Shown: positions 38,620-53,866, counted from the stretch's first letter. The stretch is DNA of 64,000 bases from Lama glama (GCA_028534125.1 CM052816.1:19904001-19968000), one strand, 5' to 3'. Notes: generated by a model not told the origin, from the sequence alone. Program-made: numbers and translations.

Positions 38620-40520
38620 GCCTGTTGCATTTATATATTTGTTAATCCTTATATCAAAATATTGTGCTTTTTTTCCAATTTCTACAAAAATGCATGCTGA
38701 GATTTTGATTGGGATAGTGTTAAATCTATACATCAATTTGACTAAAATGGATATCTTAGAAATATTGAATCTTCCAATCTACAAGCATGGTGTAAACTCT
38801 CCATTTATTTAGATCTTCAAATTTTTTCCTGTAATATTTTGGAGTAGTCTTATACATAATTCATTAAATTTATTCATAGGTTTTTTGTTTTTTATGCTAT
38901 TATGAATGGTATTTTTAATATCACCTTTTGGTTGATTGCTGCTAGTATTACAGAGATACAATTTGTTTTTCTATATTGATCTTGTATTCTGAGACCTTGC
39001 TAAATTAAATTCACTTATTCTCATAGGTTTCCTTCATTCCTTTGTTCCTTCCTTCCTTATTCAGTTATAGCATCTGCAGATAAGGATAGTTTTACTTTTT
39101 CCTTTCTAGTGTTTATGCCCTTTATTCCTTTTTCTTTCCTTATGGTACTGACTGTGATGTGTGATAATGCTGACCAGGAATAGTGGGAGTGGACATTTTT
39201 GCCTTTTTTCCTGTACCAGACAGAAAACATACAGCCTTTTCTTATTAAGTGTGATGTTAATTGTAGGTTTTATGTAGATGATTTTTATTAGCTTGAGGAA
39301 GGTTCCTTTTTTTCCTGTTTGCTGAGTTGTCCTTACCATGTGTTAAATTTTGTTAAATGCTTTTCCTGTATCTACTGGGATGTTCTTATGATTTTCCTCC
39401 TTTATTCCTTTAATATGAATTACATTAATTAATATTTTCATGAAATCAGCCCTACATTCCTAGGATTAAATGCCACTTGATCTTTTTTATGTATTGTATT
39501 GTATTAGTTAGTATTTTATTAAGAATTTTGGCATTTACATTAATGAGAGATTTTTAGTCCCCTTTTTTTTCTAGTATTGTCTTTGTCTGCTTTTGGTATC
39601 AGCATTATGGTGCTTCCTAAAATGAGTCATTAAGTCTTCACTTCTCTTCTGTTTTCTGAAAGAATTTGTGTTGAGTTGACTTTATTTTCTCCTTAAATAT
39701 TTGCTGGAAATCACCAGTAAAGCCAACAGGAGTTTTCAATTGTGGAAAGATTTTAAGATGCAAATTCAATTTCCTTAAACTTATTTAATAAATATGGAGA
39801 TACCCAGATTTGCTATTTCTCCTGTTTTGGTAATTTGCATCTTTCAACGAATTTATCTATTCCATCAAAGTTGCTGGTTTTTATTGGCGTAACATTGCTT
39901 ATCATTTTCCCTTGTTAATCATTTAAAAGTTTATAAGATCTATGGTGATACCCCCTTTATCATTTCTTGTATTGGTGATTTGTATTTCCTTTTTCGTGGT
40001 AAGTCTAGCTAGAGGTTTATCAATTTTATTAGTTTTTTTGCAGAACTAACTTTTGGATTTATTGATAATTTTTATTGTTTTCTTCCCCTATTTTATTGAT
40101 TTATGTTCTTTTCTTTACCATTTCATTCCTCTGTTTATTTTGGATTTAATTTGCTGTCTGTGACATTGTTTGTCCCCTATTCATCTTTGTCCTCTGTTCT
40201 TGACACAGAGCTCCCAAAACCTTAATAATTTCCTGAGTGATAGGAATGAGAGGAGAATCTTTTGTTATTCATAATTAATCCCTTTCAACTATACCTGAGT
40301 TTATGCTAATGAGGTATTAAGTGTCATATCTTTACTCATTTTCAGTCTACTAGTTTTATCAATTGATGAGGGAGGAATATTAAAATCTTCAACTATAATT
40401 AAAGATTTGTTTGTTTCTCCTTTCAGTTCTATTAGTAGTTGCTTTATGCATTTTGAAGCTTTGTTATTAGGTGAACATATATTTAGGACTATTATATTTC
40501 TGATGAAACAGACCTTTCCT
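38620..40520 (-). mobile_element. Old L1 ORF2 fragment, interrupted by an LTR fragment (MER21-like, about 40159-40315)
   Basis: Minus ORF 39106-39339 has L1 ORF2-like FLKLIKIIYIKPTINITLN; CACAGAGCTCCCAAAACC...TTTATGCTAATGAGGT resembles a MER21 LTR. Confidence 0.7.
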
Positions 40521-42229
40521 GCTATCTAGTGTCTGAAAATGGATGTTTTGTATGGTTTTTTTTTTCAGTCTTATTATTGTTTAAGGTAAGACCATACCTA
40601 TTACTCCATCATGGCTGGAACTAGAAGTTCAGTTAAAGAGCTCTGGAAGTGGAGATCTAGTCACTATTGTGAATAAGGAAGAACTTTTAGAGTCATCAAT
40701 AAAAGTTCTAGCTCAGTCTTATATAACATGTCCCTGGTTGATTTTCTGCTGTCTTAGTTTAAGACTATCCCTAAGGATATGGATGGATATGTGGACAGGA
40801 ATTTATAGGAATTACAGGAATTGCCATACTTTCTGTTTTTGTTCTTGTTCTGGTTAGTATAATGATCATTTTTTCCAGTGAATTCTTTGCCAATAGCATG
40901 AAAGTTTGAAATGTGAAAGTATGAAGTTTGCCAATGAAATGCAGTTGGATATAATTGGATAGGATGAATAGTTTACTGGCTGATAATGATTGTCAAAAGG
41001 AATTAGTCAGGAAAATGTATTTGAGTTGTATTTCTGGTCTGTTTTCATTTTCCAAATATGACTCTAACTTATAAATACTTGTTACAGAACACTTTTTTAA
41101 GCAAATGGTTGACATAGTGAGTTGCTGATATCAAAACTGAAAATGCTCCATGGTGGCTAGAACATGATGACATTAGGTTGGAGCTCAGAGAATTTTTAAC
41201 ATAAGATACAGTCCTGATTCCTGTGTTTAAATTGTTTCTATTCCATTCCTGTATTCCTTTCATCAACTCTGACCTAGGAGTGGGATTTCTAGAGCCTGAG
41301 TAACAATAGTTTACAGTGTAGTTTCAGTGACTACTAAGGCCACAAATGTGGTAGTCTGCTGATGCAGAGGCAACATTTTCATTAAATTCAAGAGTAAGAA
41401 AATCATATCTTTTAAACACATAATTCTATACACAGGAACAAACTATACCAGTACACAGGAATGCCAAGAAGACATTAACTAAATATAGAATTATACAGCT
41501 GCCCAAAGTGTAAATTAAAGGGCCCTAAATGGAAATTGGGTCAGGTTACAAAAACTAGCAGGATTGTACAGGGAAACTGTCAAGAAATCTTAGGTGATGT
41601 GGGAGCCCTAAGTTATAAGATGATACAACAGGAAAGCATTCTTTTCATTTTAATAAGAGGCAAAAGGATATAAACAAATAAAATATCCTCCTATCCTGCT
41701 AACCTCCTATCTGCCTACCTTCTCTTCCCACAGAGGTAGAGAAAACTGATACTGACGACTCTATAAAGGCAGATAATTATAATAATTTTTTTTCTTTTTT
41801 GGGAAAGTAACCCTGAGGTCATATAACCATAAGTATGCACTTATGATGGATGAGATAGAAGCCAAACTAAAAGAGGAAAGCTGTGGTCTATTCACACTTG
41901 TCTAATATATTGTCACTCCCTCTAGGATTGCTAAGAAATAGTTACAATTGATTAGTTATAAGTTGTTATTTGGGAAACTTCTCAGAGAGCAGACAAACAC
42001 AGCACACTTCTTTAAAATGTCATTTGCAAAAGAACAGATTTATTCACCTTAAGATTGGATACCTAGAAAGAATCACCAGACAGTTAACTTACAGTCATCT
42101 GGAGGAACAGTACATAATAATCATTATGAATTTATTTTATCTGGCTAGTTGCTCTTAATAACAGCTTAATGGGCCCTGTAACAAAGGGAAAGCAGGTTTT
42201 TGTAGTTCAAGTAATCAACAAGCATTTGG

Positions 42230-43360
42230 GCTCTGTTCTTTTCTGTCTACACTCCCTCGGTGAGCTCATCTAGATGTGTGGTCTTAAATACCATTTATTT
42301 TCTTATTATTCTCAATTCTCTCTCTCTAACCTGGACTTGACTGCTTAACTCCAGATGCAGATTTCCAATTGCCCGTTCAAAATCTCCACCAAAACGTATA
42401 ATAGGTATCTCAAACTTAGCAGTTCCAAAATTAAGGTCCTAATCTCCTCCACACTTCCTCCTACTCCTCCATGTTTCCCCATCTTAGTTAAGGACAACTT
42501 CATTTCTTCCGTTTGCTCAGGAGAAAAGTATTAGGGTAATCCTTGACCTCTCTCTTCCTCTCTACATCTCTAACCTACATCCTTTCAGCTCTACCTTCAA
42601 AGTATGTTCAGGATTTGACACTTTTTACCCCTCTGTTGCTCTTCACAACATTTCTTGCCTGAATTTCGTAGTGGTCGTCTGTTAACTGATCTCTCTGCTT
42701 TCACCCTTGTTCAACCTTCAGTTTCTTATCAATTCACTGCCTAGGTGTTCTTCATAAAGTATAAAACAGATGATGTTACTGCTGTATATAAAACCCCAAA
42801 TGCTTCTTACTTCACTCAGAGTAAAAGCCACAGGCATTACAGTAACCTACACGACCCTACCCAGTATAACTCTACCCTCTCTTTGACCCTGTTTGCTGCT
42901 TCTCCCCCAATTACTCATTCTGTTCCAGGCCCACTGGCCTCCTTGTTGTTCCAAGCTATGCTTCTGCCTCAGAACCTTTGTTTTTTTCTGTTTCCTCTGC
43001 TGAGTAATAATATCTTTCCTCAGGTGACTGCATGATGCCCTCCTTTACCTCCTTCTTGTTCAATACAACCTCCTTACTGGTTTTTACTCACATATGAAGC
43101 TTTCTCTACTACATTACTGAAGATGGAAATTTTCCCTATTCCTATTCCCCTTTCCTATTTTACTTCTTTATACAACATTTCCCTCTGACAACCTATATAA
43201 TTTACTTATTTTGTGTACTAATGGTCTCCCTCCAACAAAATATGAACTACATGAGGACAGGGATTTAGTGTTTTGTTCATTGCTATATTCCCCAGCATAG
43301 AATAGTGCCGAGCATATAATGACACCCAATAACACTTGCTTTCTGAATGAATGAATTTAT
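42230..43360 (+). mobile_element. L2 LINE relic with 3' end
   Basis: Pyrimidine-rich L2 body ending GAACTACATGAGGACAGGGA...TTGTTCATTGCTATATTCCCCAGCATAGAATAGTGCC...TGAATGAATGAAT. Confidence 0.75.
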
Positions 43361-46300
43361 TTAACACCCTACATAGAATTCAGTTGAAAAAAAGGAGAAG
43401 AAGAAAATACAGAATAGTTTTATTGGTGTGGTAGAATGTGCTCTCTATGGCATGCTAATATTCATTGTTCAAGTGGCTGAACAAGGAATGAATAGCAGTC
43501 ATTCAGCATGGAGTTTAAAGGTGAAGGAGATCAAGTGAACTTACAGTTTGTTAGTATTTTAATTAAGGAACTGAAAATTGATTACATTTAGAAAACTGAA
43601 GGGTGCATGTTAGGAATAGAATTCAGAGGAATCTCAGGTAAGTTAGAAAATTTTTCTCTCAAAATTTAAAAAGAGACAAGGAAATTCAGTCTGCTTCGAG
43701 CAAGGAAATGCTCTGCAAAGTAAGTTACAGTATATGGGTCAGATTTTTAGGTTCTCCACCTGAAGTCACCACATTTCTGTTTCTTTAGCTACTGTGTGTC
43801 AGGAGAGCAGGCAAGTCCTAAATTAGTATACCTAGTGCTAGCCCTAGAGTGAGAAATTGTGTAATTACTGTCTCAGTGTTATGCAGATCTCTCCATGAAG
43901 TCTTTTGGCTTAGAAAAAGTGAAATGATTTCTTTGCTTAATTGAATTGTATTGAAAGAATAAAGAATCTGTGCAATGTATAACTCAAAGAGGTAAATAAA
44001 ATGAACTTTGCTTCATATTGACTTTCAAACTAACTGTAGGTAAAGGTTCTCACTCTTCACAATTAGCTTTCATTCAATGGATAGCAGGATATAGATTGCA
44101 GGTATCCAGTGGCTATTATGTAGTCTGTAAGTCCCTCTTGCCAGAGTAAAGATGATTCCTAAATTCTCTTTGAAGTCAGATAGTCCTAACCTCCTCCAGA
44201 GGGAGCTCAGGATCCAGCATTTTCAGGACATGGAGCCAGTCTCTGCCCTGGTCTAACAAACAGGACAAGCCGTTTATTTCCCTGTAAAACTGAACTGGTG
44301 TATGAAGATGGGGTACTAATACAGCATTGTTTTTGCTTTAAATCATTGATTTTTGCTGCCTTAGATGAGAGATGTAATAAAGATCCGTGGTAGGACTTGC
44401 GTTTCCTCAGATGAAAGACTCCAGAGTCTTAGGAATTTCAAACCAAGCCTGAGATTATTTATATACATTTCAAGCAGCACCTCCTGGGCGTCTCTGAGTA
44501 ATTTCTTTGTGGCTACTAATTATCACATTGAACAGTACTATTACAATGTTTAAAGCATCTGATGCCTCATGAAAAACCTTAAAAAACAGACTTATTATGG
44601 AATAATCTGCCATCAGTACTCTTTTTTGGATTTTTGTTTGATAGATTTGAGTTGGGAAATTTAGTTCCTTTAGTTGCTATCCTTCAAACAGAATATCTAG
44701 TGGTATCAGACTATTTTTTGAAACTATACCTGTGAACTCCTGGGGCTTCTTTCTTTTTAAAAGTATTTGTTGAATAAACATTCAATTTTTATTAAAAGCC
44801 ATATAGTATAATAGAGTCCACATTGTTAACAGATTGCCTGAACTAGAATCATGGTTTTTACCACTTTTTCACTGAGGAGTATGTATGTGGTGCTTTGTTG
44901 CCTCTGTTTTACCAGTTGGAAAACTGGGACAAGAATAGCATATCTCTTAGAGATACTGTGAGGACTTACTGAGATAAGATTTAATACACACAGGGCATAG
45001 TAAATGTGTACTGATGAAATTTAGTTGTCTACATGGCCTTTGGAGTCTCCTTCAAAGATGCAGAATTATGGTCTTTAATTTTAGTTAAATTTTAGGTCTA
45101 GAGGTACCCTTTACCCTTGTTGTATACTGTCTGTGAAATTCTGAGGGAACCTGTGCCATGCTCTTCATTTGTTTAGATATGAAGACAGCTTGGGTGACAT
45201 ACATCACATATCTGCTCTGCATGTATAAAATGTCCCATTAATACAAGAATAAACATGGCATTTAGAGTTTCAGAAAAGAAAACTGTTTAATATGTCTCCT
45301 TTTGAAGTTTGGAAGAAAATTAATCTCTGCAGACTCAGTAGCACTTTTTAGAGTAGTGTCACGTCAAAAGGGAGATACTAATATTGAAGTTATGTTCTAT
45401 TCTGGGAAAACTAAGTCTAGACCAGCAGTTTCTATTTTTTTAATCTTTTGAAGCTACATTGAAATTTTCTCAAGAGTCTTTGTGCATTAGTGGAGCACCT
45501 AAGGTGATGGCTGTGTTAGGGTGCTGAGAAGATGACTTACTGATTAATGTAGGGAGATGCAGGTTTTATGGAGCCTGAAGCTTTTCAATTTGAGAGCCCT
45601 TTTTTGGGAAAAAGAATACAAAATTACAACTGCAAAATTGCTAATCTGTTTTCATGGCCTTGGAAGGAGACTGTACAAGGGAGGGGATTACACTGGCTTC
45701 TTGGCAAATATACCTCTGCTGATGGAATTGCCATTACTTGATTCTCTGTGGCCACTGGAAGTCATGCAGAGAAGTGGATTACGGCAGCAGCAGTGGCAGT
45801 TGAATTGGCAATCAATGAGGTCAAGCTTTGAAATCTATTGGGTATATATTCGTGTGATGATTAAGAGAGCTGGCTCCAATCCTTAGGCCAAGTGGAGTTG
45901 TTATAAGTGGAAGGGCTTACAACTGTAGCTCAGTAGGTTGCTGCTGTGTGGCACTCATTTCCTTTCATTTGGAAGAAGGAACATAGAATACGGTCACAGT
46001 GATAGGAAGCACCCTGATGCATTTAAGAACTTGAAGGATAAATTTTGAAAAAAAAAACTTGAAGAATAAAATTAAAATTTAATCTATTAAATATTGTATG
46101 GTGTCTGTTTTCACCACAGTAAGAAAACTTTACTTTTGTTGGGCACCAGTTACCTCCTAATTGTCAAATTCAGTGGCTTTCTTTAAGTCTTCATTTTCCT
46201 GATTTTCTGTCACATTTGACACTACGAATTGTCTTTTCCTTCTGGAAACACTCTCATCTTTTTGTTGCATCTTTGTTTTCTTCTCATCTACAAACAATTT

Positions 46301-47689
46301 TTTGCTCTACTGATAATTTATCTTTACACCTATTTCCCCATCAGCATTCTCTGAGGTTTAGTTTTTAAGCCCTCCACTCTTCCCTGCTTCCTTGAGAGAA
46401 GTGTGCGGCTCTTTTAGCTTGACTACTACCCCTGGGGTATTTGAGGGTATTACTGCAAGGTTTGTAGTTCTGACACTGACACTAATCTGCTAATATTTCC
46501 ACTTTATCATTTTGTTGTTTCTTCAAACTTATCATATCTAAACTGGATTAATTTTTCCCCAAACCATCTTTCTCTTCCCTCCTAGATTTTCTTATTTCTA
46601 AAAGTGGTATCATGGTTCTCCCTGGCTTGAAACTTGGCATCAACTTCATTTTTTTGTTTCAAAATATCTGATAGCCTTCCAGGCATTAGGTCTACTTGAC
46701 TCATTCTTTCTAGCACACTTTGGTCCTATCACATTGTATTAATTTTTCTTTCTTAAGTTATATAGCCTCTCTAGGACTCTTCCCATGCCAGGTGATCTAT
46801 TTTCCCTCTTGACTATCATTTTTATTGTTTATACTATGTATACTATATATAAACAAATATTATATGTTACACATCCTGCTTTGTGATGCTAGCTGCCTCT
46901 TAATTTATATCTTTGTACCTTTATACCCTACCCCTAGTACCTTCATATAATTAGGTACCTTAATATATATATGGAACAAATAATTTAAATTCCAAGTGGC
47001 CTTGGTAGTTTAGAGGCTTGCTGAAGAATCAGTGAATGATATTAAAAGTGATCAGTAATAATCTGAGGCATAGATGTCACTGAGCAAGCTGTCAAAAGAA
47101 ATCTTGGTTTAGCAGTTAGTAGTGTCATACTGCCGTTCTGCTTTAAAACTTTAGAGCACTGAAAATTCTGTTTGCCTTTGGGGAGATATAGCTGAAGTTT
47201 TCCTGAAGTTTCAGCCTTCTTAGATCAAAAGCAATTTTACTTTTTCACTTTTAGTGATATTTGTACTAGATATCTGACAATACATGTGCTGGCTATCCTG
47301 AAAAGTTCCAATTATAAAATCTTTCATTAGTGGCCAAAAGGTACTATTGGTTTAGAGCCTGGGTTTTAGCAGGTAACTCAGATGAAAGCAGATAAAGTCT
47401 AGGACCTAAGCAAAGTGGGAAGTTGTATTGGAAATTGCACATAAAGCTGAGTCCTTAAAAATTATAACCCTGAGTAAAGAGTGAATTAGGCAAAATCTAC
47501 TCCTCAAAGAGAGATTGTAGAGAAATTTGTCTGTCTTGTCCTTGGCTCTAGATGGAAAAAAACACAAACCAACAACCTTTCTCCTAAGAATTCACATCCA
47601 TCCTTCATACAGGTTTGGTGTCAGAATTCACTCTACACATGCGATCCCCCAAAACCCAAGATTAGAATGTGGTTTAAAGTGCTACTGTA

Positions 47690-50400
47690 TTAATAATAAA
47701 ACCAGTTGCCTAGCAGAAGCAAACACAAATACTCTCTGGAGGAATGCACTTTAAATGAGGGTCTTAAAGAATTCCCACAGATACATTTACTGTGAATATG
47801 GGCTCACTGTTAAAAAATCACAAGCAAAGAATAAGCCAACATGAATGGGAGTTTACAGAAATAGCAAACAGACTCAAACCTGCTAAGACTTAATAATTAA
47901 ACTTGTCAGATACATAATATACTGAAGCTTATTTACCATACGTAAAGAAATAAAGAGAATATTGACTGTATGATTCAAAACAAAAACTATCAAAAATAAC
48001 TGGGCAGGTTTGGAAAAAGAGCATAATAGAATACCCATCTAGAAATAAAGGCATAATAATTGAAATTAGGATCTTAGTGGATTGATCAAATAGTAATTAT
48101 ATAGAGCTGAAGGGAGAATTAGTGAATGGAAAAATATATCTAAAGAAATTACCCAGAGTACATCCTAGGGAGACAAAGAGGTGGAAAAAATAAAATCGAA
48201 GTTAAGAGATGTATGTGATGTATGAGAAAGTCTAACATATGGCTAATTAGATTTCTAAAAGGAAGAAATAGAAGAAATGAGAGTGGGAAATAGTCAAAGA
48301 AATAATAGCTGATAATTTTCCAGAATTAATTAAAAAAAAAAACAAACCCAAGAATCCTCAGATGCAGGAATCCCAGTGAATCATAAGACTAACTAAAATG
48401 AAACCCACTCTTAGATACATCATCATGAAAGCATAGAACACCAAAGAAGTGAAAAAATTAAAAGCAGTCAGAGTAGATTGATCACTATAAATGAATGTCA
48501 GGTACAGTGACAACTGACTTCTCAACAGCACAATGGAAGTCATAAGACAGCTGGAATAATATCTTCAAAGGATGAGGAGAAAATAGCTGTAAACTTGGAA
48601 TACTGAGGCAGATTAATTAATAGTCATCTCCAAATATCTGTTTTCTGCTTCTTTTGTAATTAAATCCTTGGTTTTTAACTGAGCACGTGAATACCTGGAA
48701 TAAAAACTACTTTTCCCAGCTTTCTTTACAGTTAGGATTATCAGAGAAGTAGTGAAAGTAGTAATTTGTATTAAGTTCTAACAAGTCAAAGGTTTTGCTT
48801 TATTGCTGTCAATTTCTAAGCTTTCTACAATTTCTGCGTCACAGAACAGGGAGGAAGTGATTCAAGGAGAGGCTGCCACTTTTGGTGAGTTGATGAGGCA
48901 GAAATATAAGCTTGGGGAGGTCAAGGTGGCTAGAGTTTGCAAGGCTCAAATACCAGAGAAGAGAGAACTATGTAGAGAAGGAACTTAGAAATCTGCATGG
49001 GTTCCCCTCCAGTCTTTGGCTGAGTACTAATCTGTGCATGTGCTGCTTTCATACAATATCGAAAGTGAAATGAAAATTCACTGAAATGAGTCCAAAGCAA
49101 ATTAGATACTGTAGAAGAAAATATCAGTAGCTTTAAGACATGGCAATAGAAACCATCCAAAATGAAGCACAGAGGAAGATTGAAATAAAATGAAACAAAA
49201 CTGAAATAAAAACAAAATGACTCTGGGATAGTATTAATCAGCCTAACATACATGTAATTGTATTCCTAGAAATAGAGAGGAAAGGGCAGAAAAAATATTT
49301 GAAGAAAGAATGGTTGATATGTTTTCAAATGCATTGAGGAGTATAAATCCTCAGGTCCAGGAAGGTCAGTAAACCCCCAAGCAGGTGAACTAGCAAGTCA
49401 CAACTGGGAACTGATATATCTAAAATATATAGTAAATTCCTAAAAGAAAACAACAAGAAAAAACCAACATATCCCCCAAAGTGAGCAAAGGACAGAATGA
49501 GATATTTCATAAAAGCAGGAAGATGAATGGCCAGTAACATAAGAGCTTCATTACTAAGCAGAGAAATGTAAATTAATACCACAGATGCCGGTTCTCAGTC
49601 TCACCAATTTGGCAAAAACTAATTGTCAACACCAAGTGTTTGTGAAGATATGGAGTAATAGGTTCTCTTATTCACTGCTGGTGGGAGTGTACATTGGGAC
49701 AGTCACTTTAGAAAATCTGACGTTATCTAGTAAGGTTGTAGATGGGCACACTCTATACCCCACTGTTCCTGTTTACCCTAGAGAAAGTCTTGCACATGGA
49801 CTTCAGGAGATAAGTATAAGGATGTTCTAGCAGTGTTGTTTGTTAAAGCAAAAATTGGAAACAAGCCAAAAGTCCTTCAACAACAGACTGGATAAATAGA
49901 GAGATAATTAATACACACAGAGTGAAAATGAATGACCTACAATTTTATGCATCAACATTAATAAAATCTCACCAACATCTTTCATCAAAAAAGCAAGTCA
50001 CACTATGATTCCACGTATATAAGTTAAAAACCAGAGAGGACGGTAATAACTCAGTGGTAGAGCACATATTTAGCATGCACAAGGTCCTGGGTTCTATCCC
50101 CAGTACCTTCATAATAAAACAAAATAAAATAAATAAAATAATAAACATGCAAAACTGTATCTCAAAATACACAATATATGATTAGATTATAAAGAAAGGC
50201 AGGAATAACAAACACAAAATTCAGGATAGCAGTTCTGTCTGCTAGGAATGTGATCAGAGAGAGTACCTGGAGCCTCAGTGGTCCTAGTAATGTTAGGTTT
50301 CTTGAGTCACTTGGATTCAAGGGAGTTTGTTTTATTATTATTCTTTAAATATGCTAATTATTTTGTCAGAATTATATTTTCATTATAAAAATATTTTAAC
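47690..50400 (+). mobile_element. Ancient L1 fragments (ORF1 and 3' region) with an interspersed MaLR-like piece near 48600-48740
   Basis: A-rich L1 ORF1-like strings (GAGAATTAGTGAATGGAAA...GAAATTACCCAGA; GAAAAAATATTTGAAGAAAGAATGG). Confidence 0.65.
50034..50145 (+). mobile_element. tRNA-derived SINE (Vic-1 type, short form)
   Basis: TAACTCAGTGGTAGAGCAC...GGTCCTGGGTTCTATCCCCAGTACC plus an AAAT-rich tail. Confidence 0.85.
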
Positions 50401-51193
50401 AAAAAAAGAAATTCTTATAAACTAAGTGTAGGGTGGAGATGGATATTAAAGTCAGCACAAGAAGAGCAGGACTCCTGTAGAACATCCCTATGGATGATTA
50501 TTCACTTTGTTTTATTTTTTATTTTTAATTTGTATGTGTATTTTTATTGTGAAACATTTTAGAAATATAAAAATGTATAGAGAATAATATAATAATCACT
50601 TATGCATCCATGACCTCATGTAAAACTATACAAAAATAGTTGAAACCACTTGTGTAACCCTCCCCAATTACATTCCCTTTCCTGCATCCCCAATAATCAC
50701 AGTTATGAAATTTGTATCTGGCATGTCCAGATACAAATGCCTGATTTTATGTATGTACCCTTAAAACTTTGTATCATGTAGTTTGTATTGTATTGTTTAG
50801 CATGTTTGGCATTTTACATAAATGGTATCACTCAGTACGTGTCCTCCTGCAACTTATTTTTCCCCAGCTTCTTTTTCTTTTTTAATGTTTGTCCATGTTG
50901 ATATGCAGGATTCTTTACATCCAGTTTAAATTTGTGTTTCCAATGCTTCAAAATTTAAAGAAACCTTTTGCTACAGGAAATATCAAATATATACAAGAGT
51001 AGATATGCATGATACATGATCCCGCATGTACTCATCACCGAGATTTAACAATTACTAACATATGGAGAATTTTGTTTCATCTATTCCCCCACTCATTTCC
51101 CCACTTCTTGTATTATTTTGGAGCAAATCCTAGACATCAACATAATTCTGCCCTAAATATTTCAAAATGTATATCTAAAAGCTAAGTCTTAGT

Positions 51194-51341
51194 GGGGGGG
51201 GGGTATAATTCAGTGGTAGAATGTGTGCTTAACATGCACAAGGTCCTGGGTTAAATTCCCACTACCTCCATTAAAAATAAATAAGTAAGTAAACCTAATT
51301 ACTCCCTCCCCCGCGAAAGTTAGCAAAATAAATAAGTAAAT
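51194..51341 (+). mobile_element. tRNA-derived SINE (Vic-1 type)
   Basis: GGGGTATAATTCAGTGGTAGAA...GGTCCTGGGTTAAATTCCC...AAACCTAATTAC and A-rich tail. Confidence 0.85.
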
Positions 51342-52074
51342 AAGCTGTCTTCTTTTTTATAAATAAAAGACATAATTATGTCCTTAAAACTGTCAAGTTT
51401 CTTAATAGCATCAAATATCTGATCACTGTTCAAATTCCGTGTTTCTCATATTTTTACATTCTGTTTGTATCAAGTCTCTCTTTTAATTTTCTTAAATTAC
51501 TGATGGGCTGCCCTGTGCAAGGCATTGAATGAAGTTCTGTTGAAGATGTGTGGCTCTGAAAATCTTACTCTGAGCTTAGGGCAGCCATTGTTGGGGGGAG
51601 AATCTAAACTTCTCCAGGTGGCTTATGGAAACCAACAGTCATTTCCACAGATGCCTAGTTTGTTCATCACTGATAATCATTTAATTCTGTGATAATGTTT
51701 TTTGTCCTTCCTATAGACCTTGTGTAAAGAACTTTTGTAATGTATCTTCCTTCTTAGATGGTTATGCAGTTACTCAATATTTACTGTTTCATGTGAGATA
51801 TAAATAATACTTCTTTGTTTACTAAAATTCATTCTAAGCGAATACTCATTTCCATCATCCTACCATCCTTGTTTTTCCTTGAAACTGAAGAAGAGTGTCG
51901 GATTAGACAAAAGAATGAGGTTATGGCCAAATGAGATAAGGTACCTGGAAGTAGACTGTAACCTGTAAGGTGCTATACACGTGGTCATTTTTATAGAATA
52001 GTTAGCCCTCATCTCTCACACACTTTACTTTTGTACTCACTATACTTCCAACTTCTCCTTAGTTCACCTGTCTT

Positions 52075-52215
52075 TTTTGGTTTTGGTTTGGTTTGGGGGG
52101 TAATTAGATTTTATTTATGTATTCATTCGTTTATTTAACAGTAATACCGAGGATCAAACCCATGATGTTGTGGATGGTAAGCATGCACTCTATCACTGAG
52201 CCATACCGTCTTCCC
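52075..52215 (-). mobile_element. tRNA-derived SINE (Vic-1 type)
   Basis: Reverse complement of the same SINE; TSD TCACCTGTCTT at 52064-52074 and 52216-52226. Confidence 0.85.
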
Positions 52216-53828
52216 TCACCTGTCTTATGTTTAGGCTCTTATCCATCATTTGGGCCATTGCAGCCAAGCAACCTCTGCCAGGTCTAAGGTGCAGTCTTCA
52301 AAGTGTTGCTCTTATTGTTGGCCCAGTGGTACTTATGTGACAAGTTGAATATTTTACTCTTTGAGGATAAAAATAAAAATTGTTGGCAGTAGGAAAATGA
52401 GGCTGCTGATGCTAAGGATTAGAAACGTCACTGTCATGAATGTAATAGCATCAAAACAAAGATGCTCCTTAGGGGTGCTAAGAAGTTGCTAATTAATCTT
52501 TAGCCTCATCTGGAGTTACTTACCTGCTAGATGACATATTCAGTTGTGATGAAAAGGAAAAAAGAAAGAATATCTGTAAGTGCTGGAAACATAATGTTTG
52601 ATACTAGGAATAAAATGTGAGATGTAATAGGGATTTTTATAATATTTTTAGCTCTCTGGGAATGAACTGTCCTTTAAACATTTAAAATGTATGTTTGACC
52701 ATACATTTGACTTTTGAATGTTTTCAGAACATGAAACTGCCTGTAGTTGAATAAAGCTTCCTCTCCCACAGTCACCCACAGAGATAGAACTCTGGAGATA
52801 GAGAGAAGAAACCAGCCTAGCCCTGCCTATGACAGTAGTGCTCAGCCAGCCTAGAGGGAAGGGCAGGAAGAGAAAGGGGGGGTGGTGAGCTCTGTCCAGG
52901 AGAACAAGCCATTCCTCTTTCTTTGGCAGCCCAGGGCAATTATTTCATAAGGAGTCATCTTGATGTTATGTGCCCAGTTCACATGCTCAAAATATGCTGC
53001 CCAGCTACATTGTTTCCTGTTGAGTAAGCATTGTAGGTGTCATCTTCTGGTATTTGACTGAGGCAGGAACCTGAGCAGTCTCACCTGAAGTCTTGTTGAC
53101 ACTGAGAACATGGCATTGACTTAAGGCATCATTTATTGCAAGACAGAGGATTTCTTCAACAGTTAGGTTGGCCAGCTTCCTGCAGCTAAAACTCAATGAT
53201 AGTCATTGACCTCGTGGTCTTGATAATCTGTAGGCAGGGGTAGAGGATGCAGCACAGACTTGTAGCCTTCACTATGTGTTCTGCCCTCAAATTACAAGTA
53301 CACCAAGAACACACATCACAACTGCATCATCAGGAGGAGGAGGCTAGAAGTGCTTCTAGCCCTACGCCATACTTAGGTCCAGCACTTTGTGCTTATTTTT
53401 TGGCAAAAGCTTTGGGAGCAGAGGAAGTCATAGTCTGATCATTATCATTTGACAACATCACTGATACTACTTTTCCCTTGATAATCCCCTAAGCTCGGCT
53501 ATGTTCAATTATATTTCACTGTATTTGCTCTCAAGAGGTAAATTCTGTTAGCAGAAGGGGAAATGGTCACAGTCCTTGGGGGAAAATGTAGCTCATACTT
53601 TGAGATTATCCTGTAAAAGAGAACCTTAGGGAAACAGTATCATAATAATGATAATGAGCCACAGCTTTATTTAAACATTAGTGAATTGTATTTGAGTTGC
53701 CAATATCTGTTTGCTAACTAGATTGTAAGCAGTTGTATGGCAAAGAACCAAGTTTTCTTCATGTTTTATTCCTTATGGCACTTAGTACATGGTGGGGATT
53801 CATTAAAGTACAGCAGAGAAGATACGTA

Positions 53829-53866
<38 letters not shown>

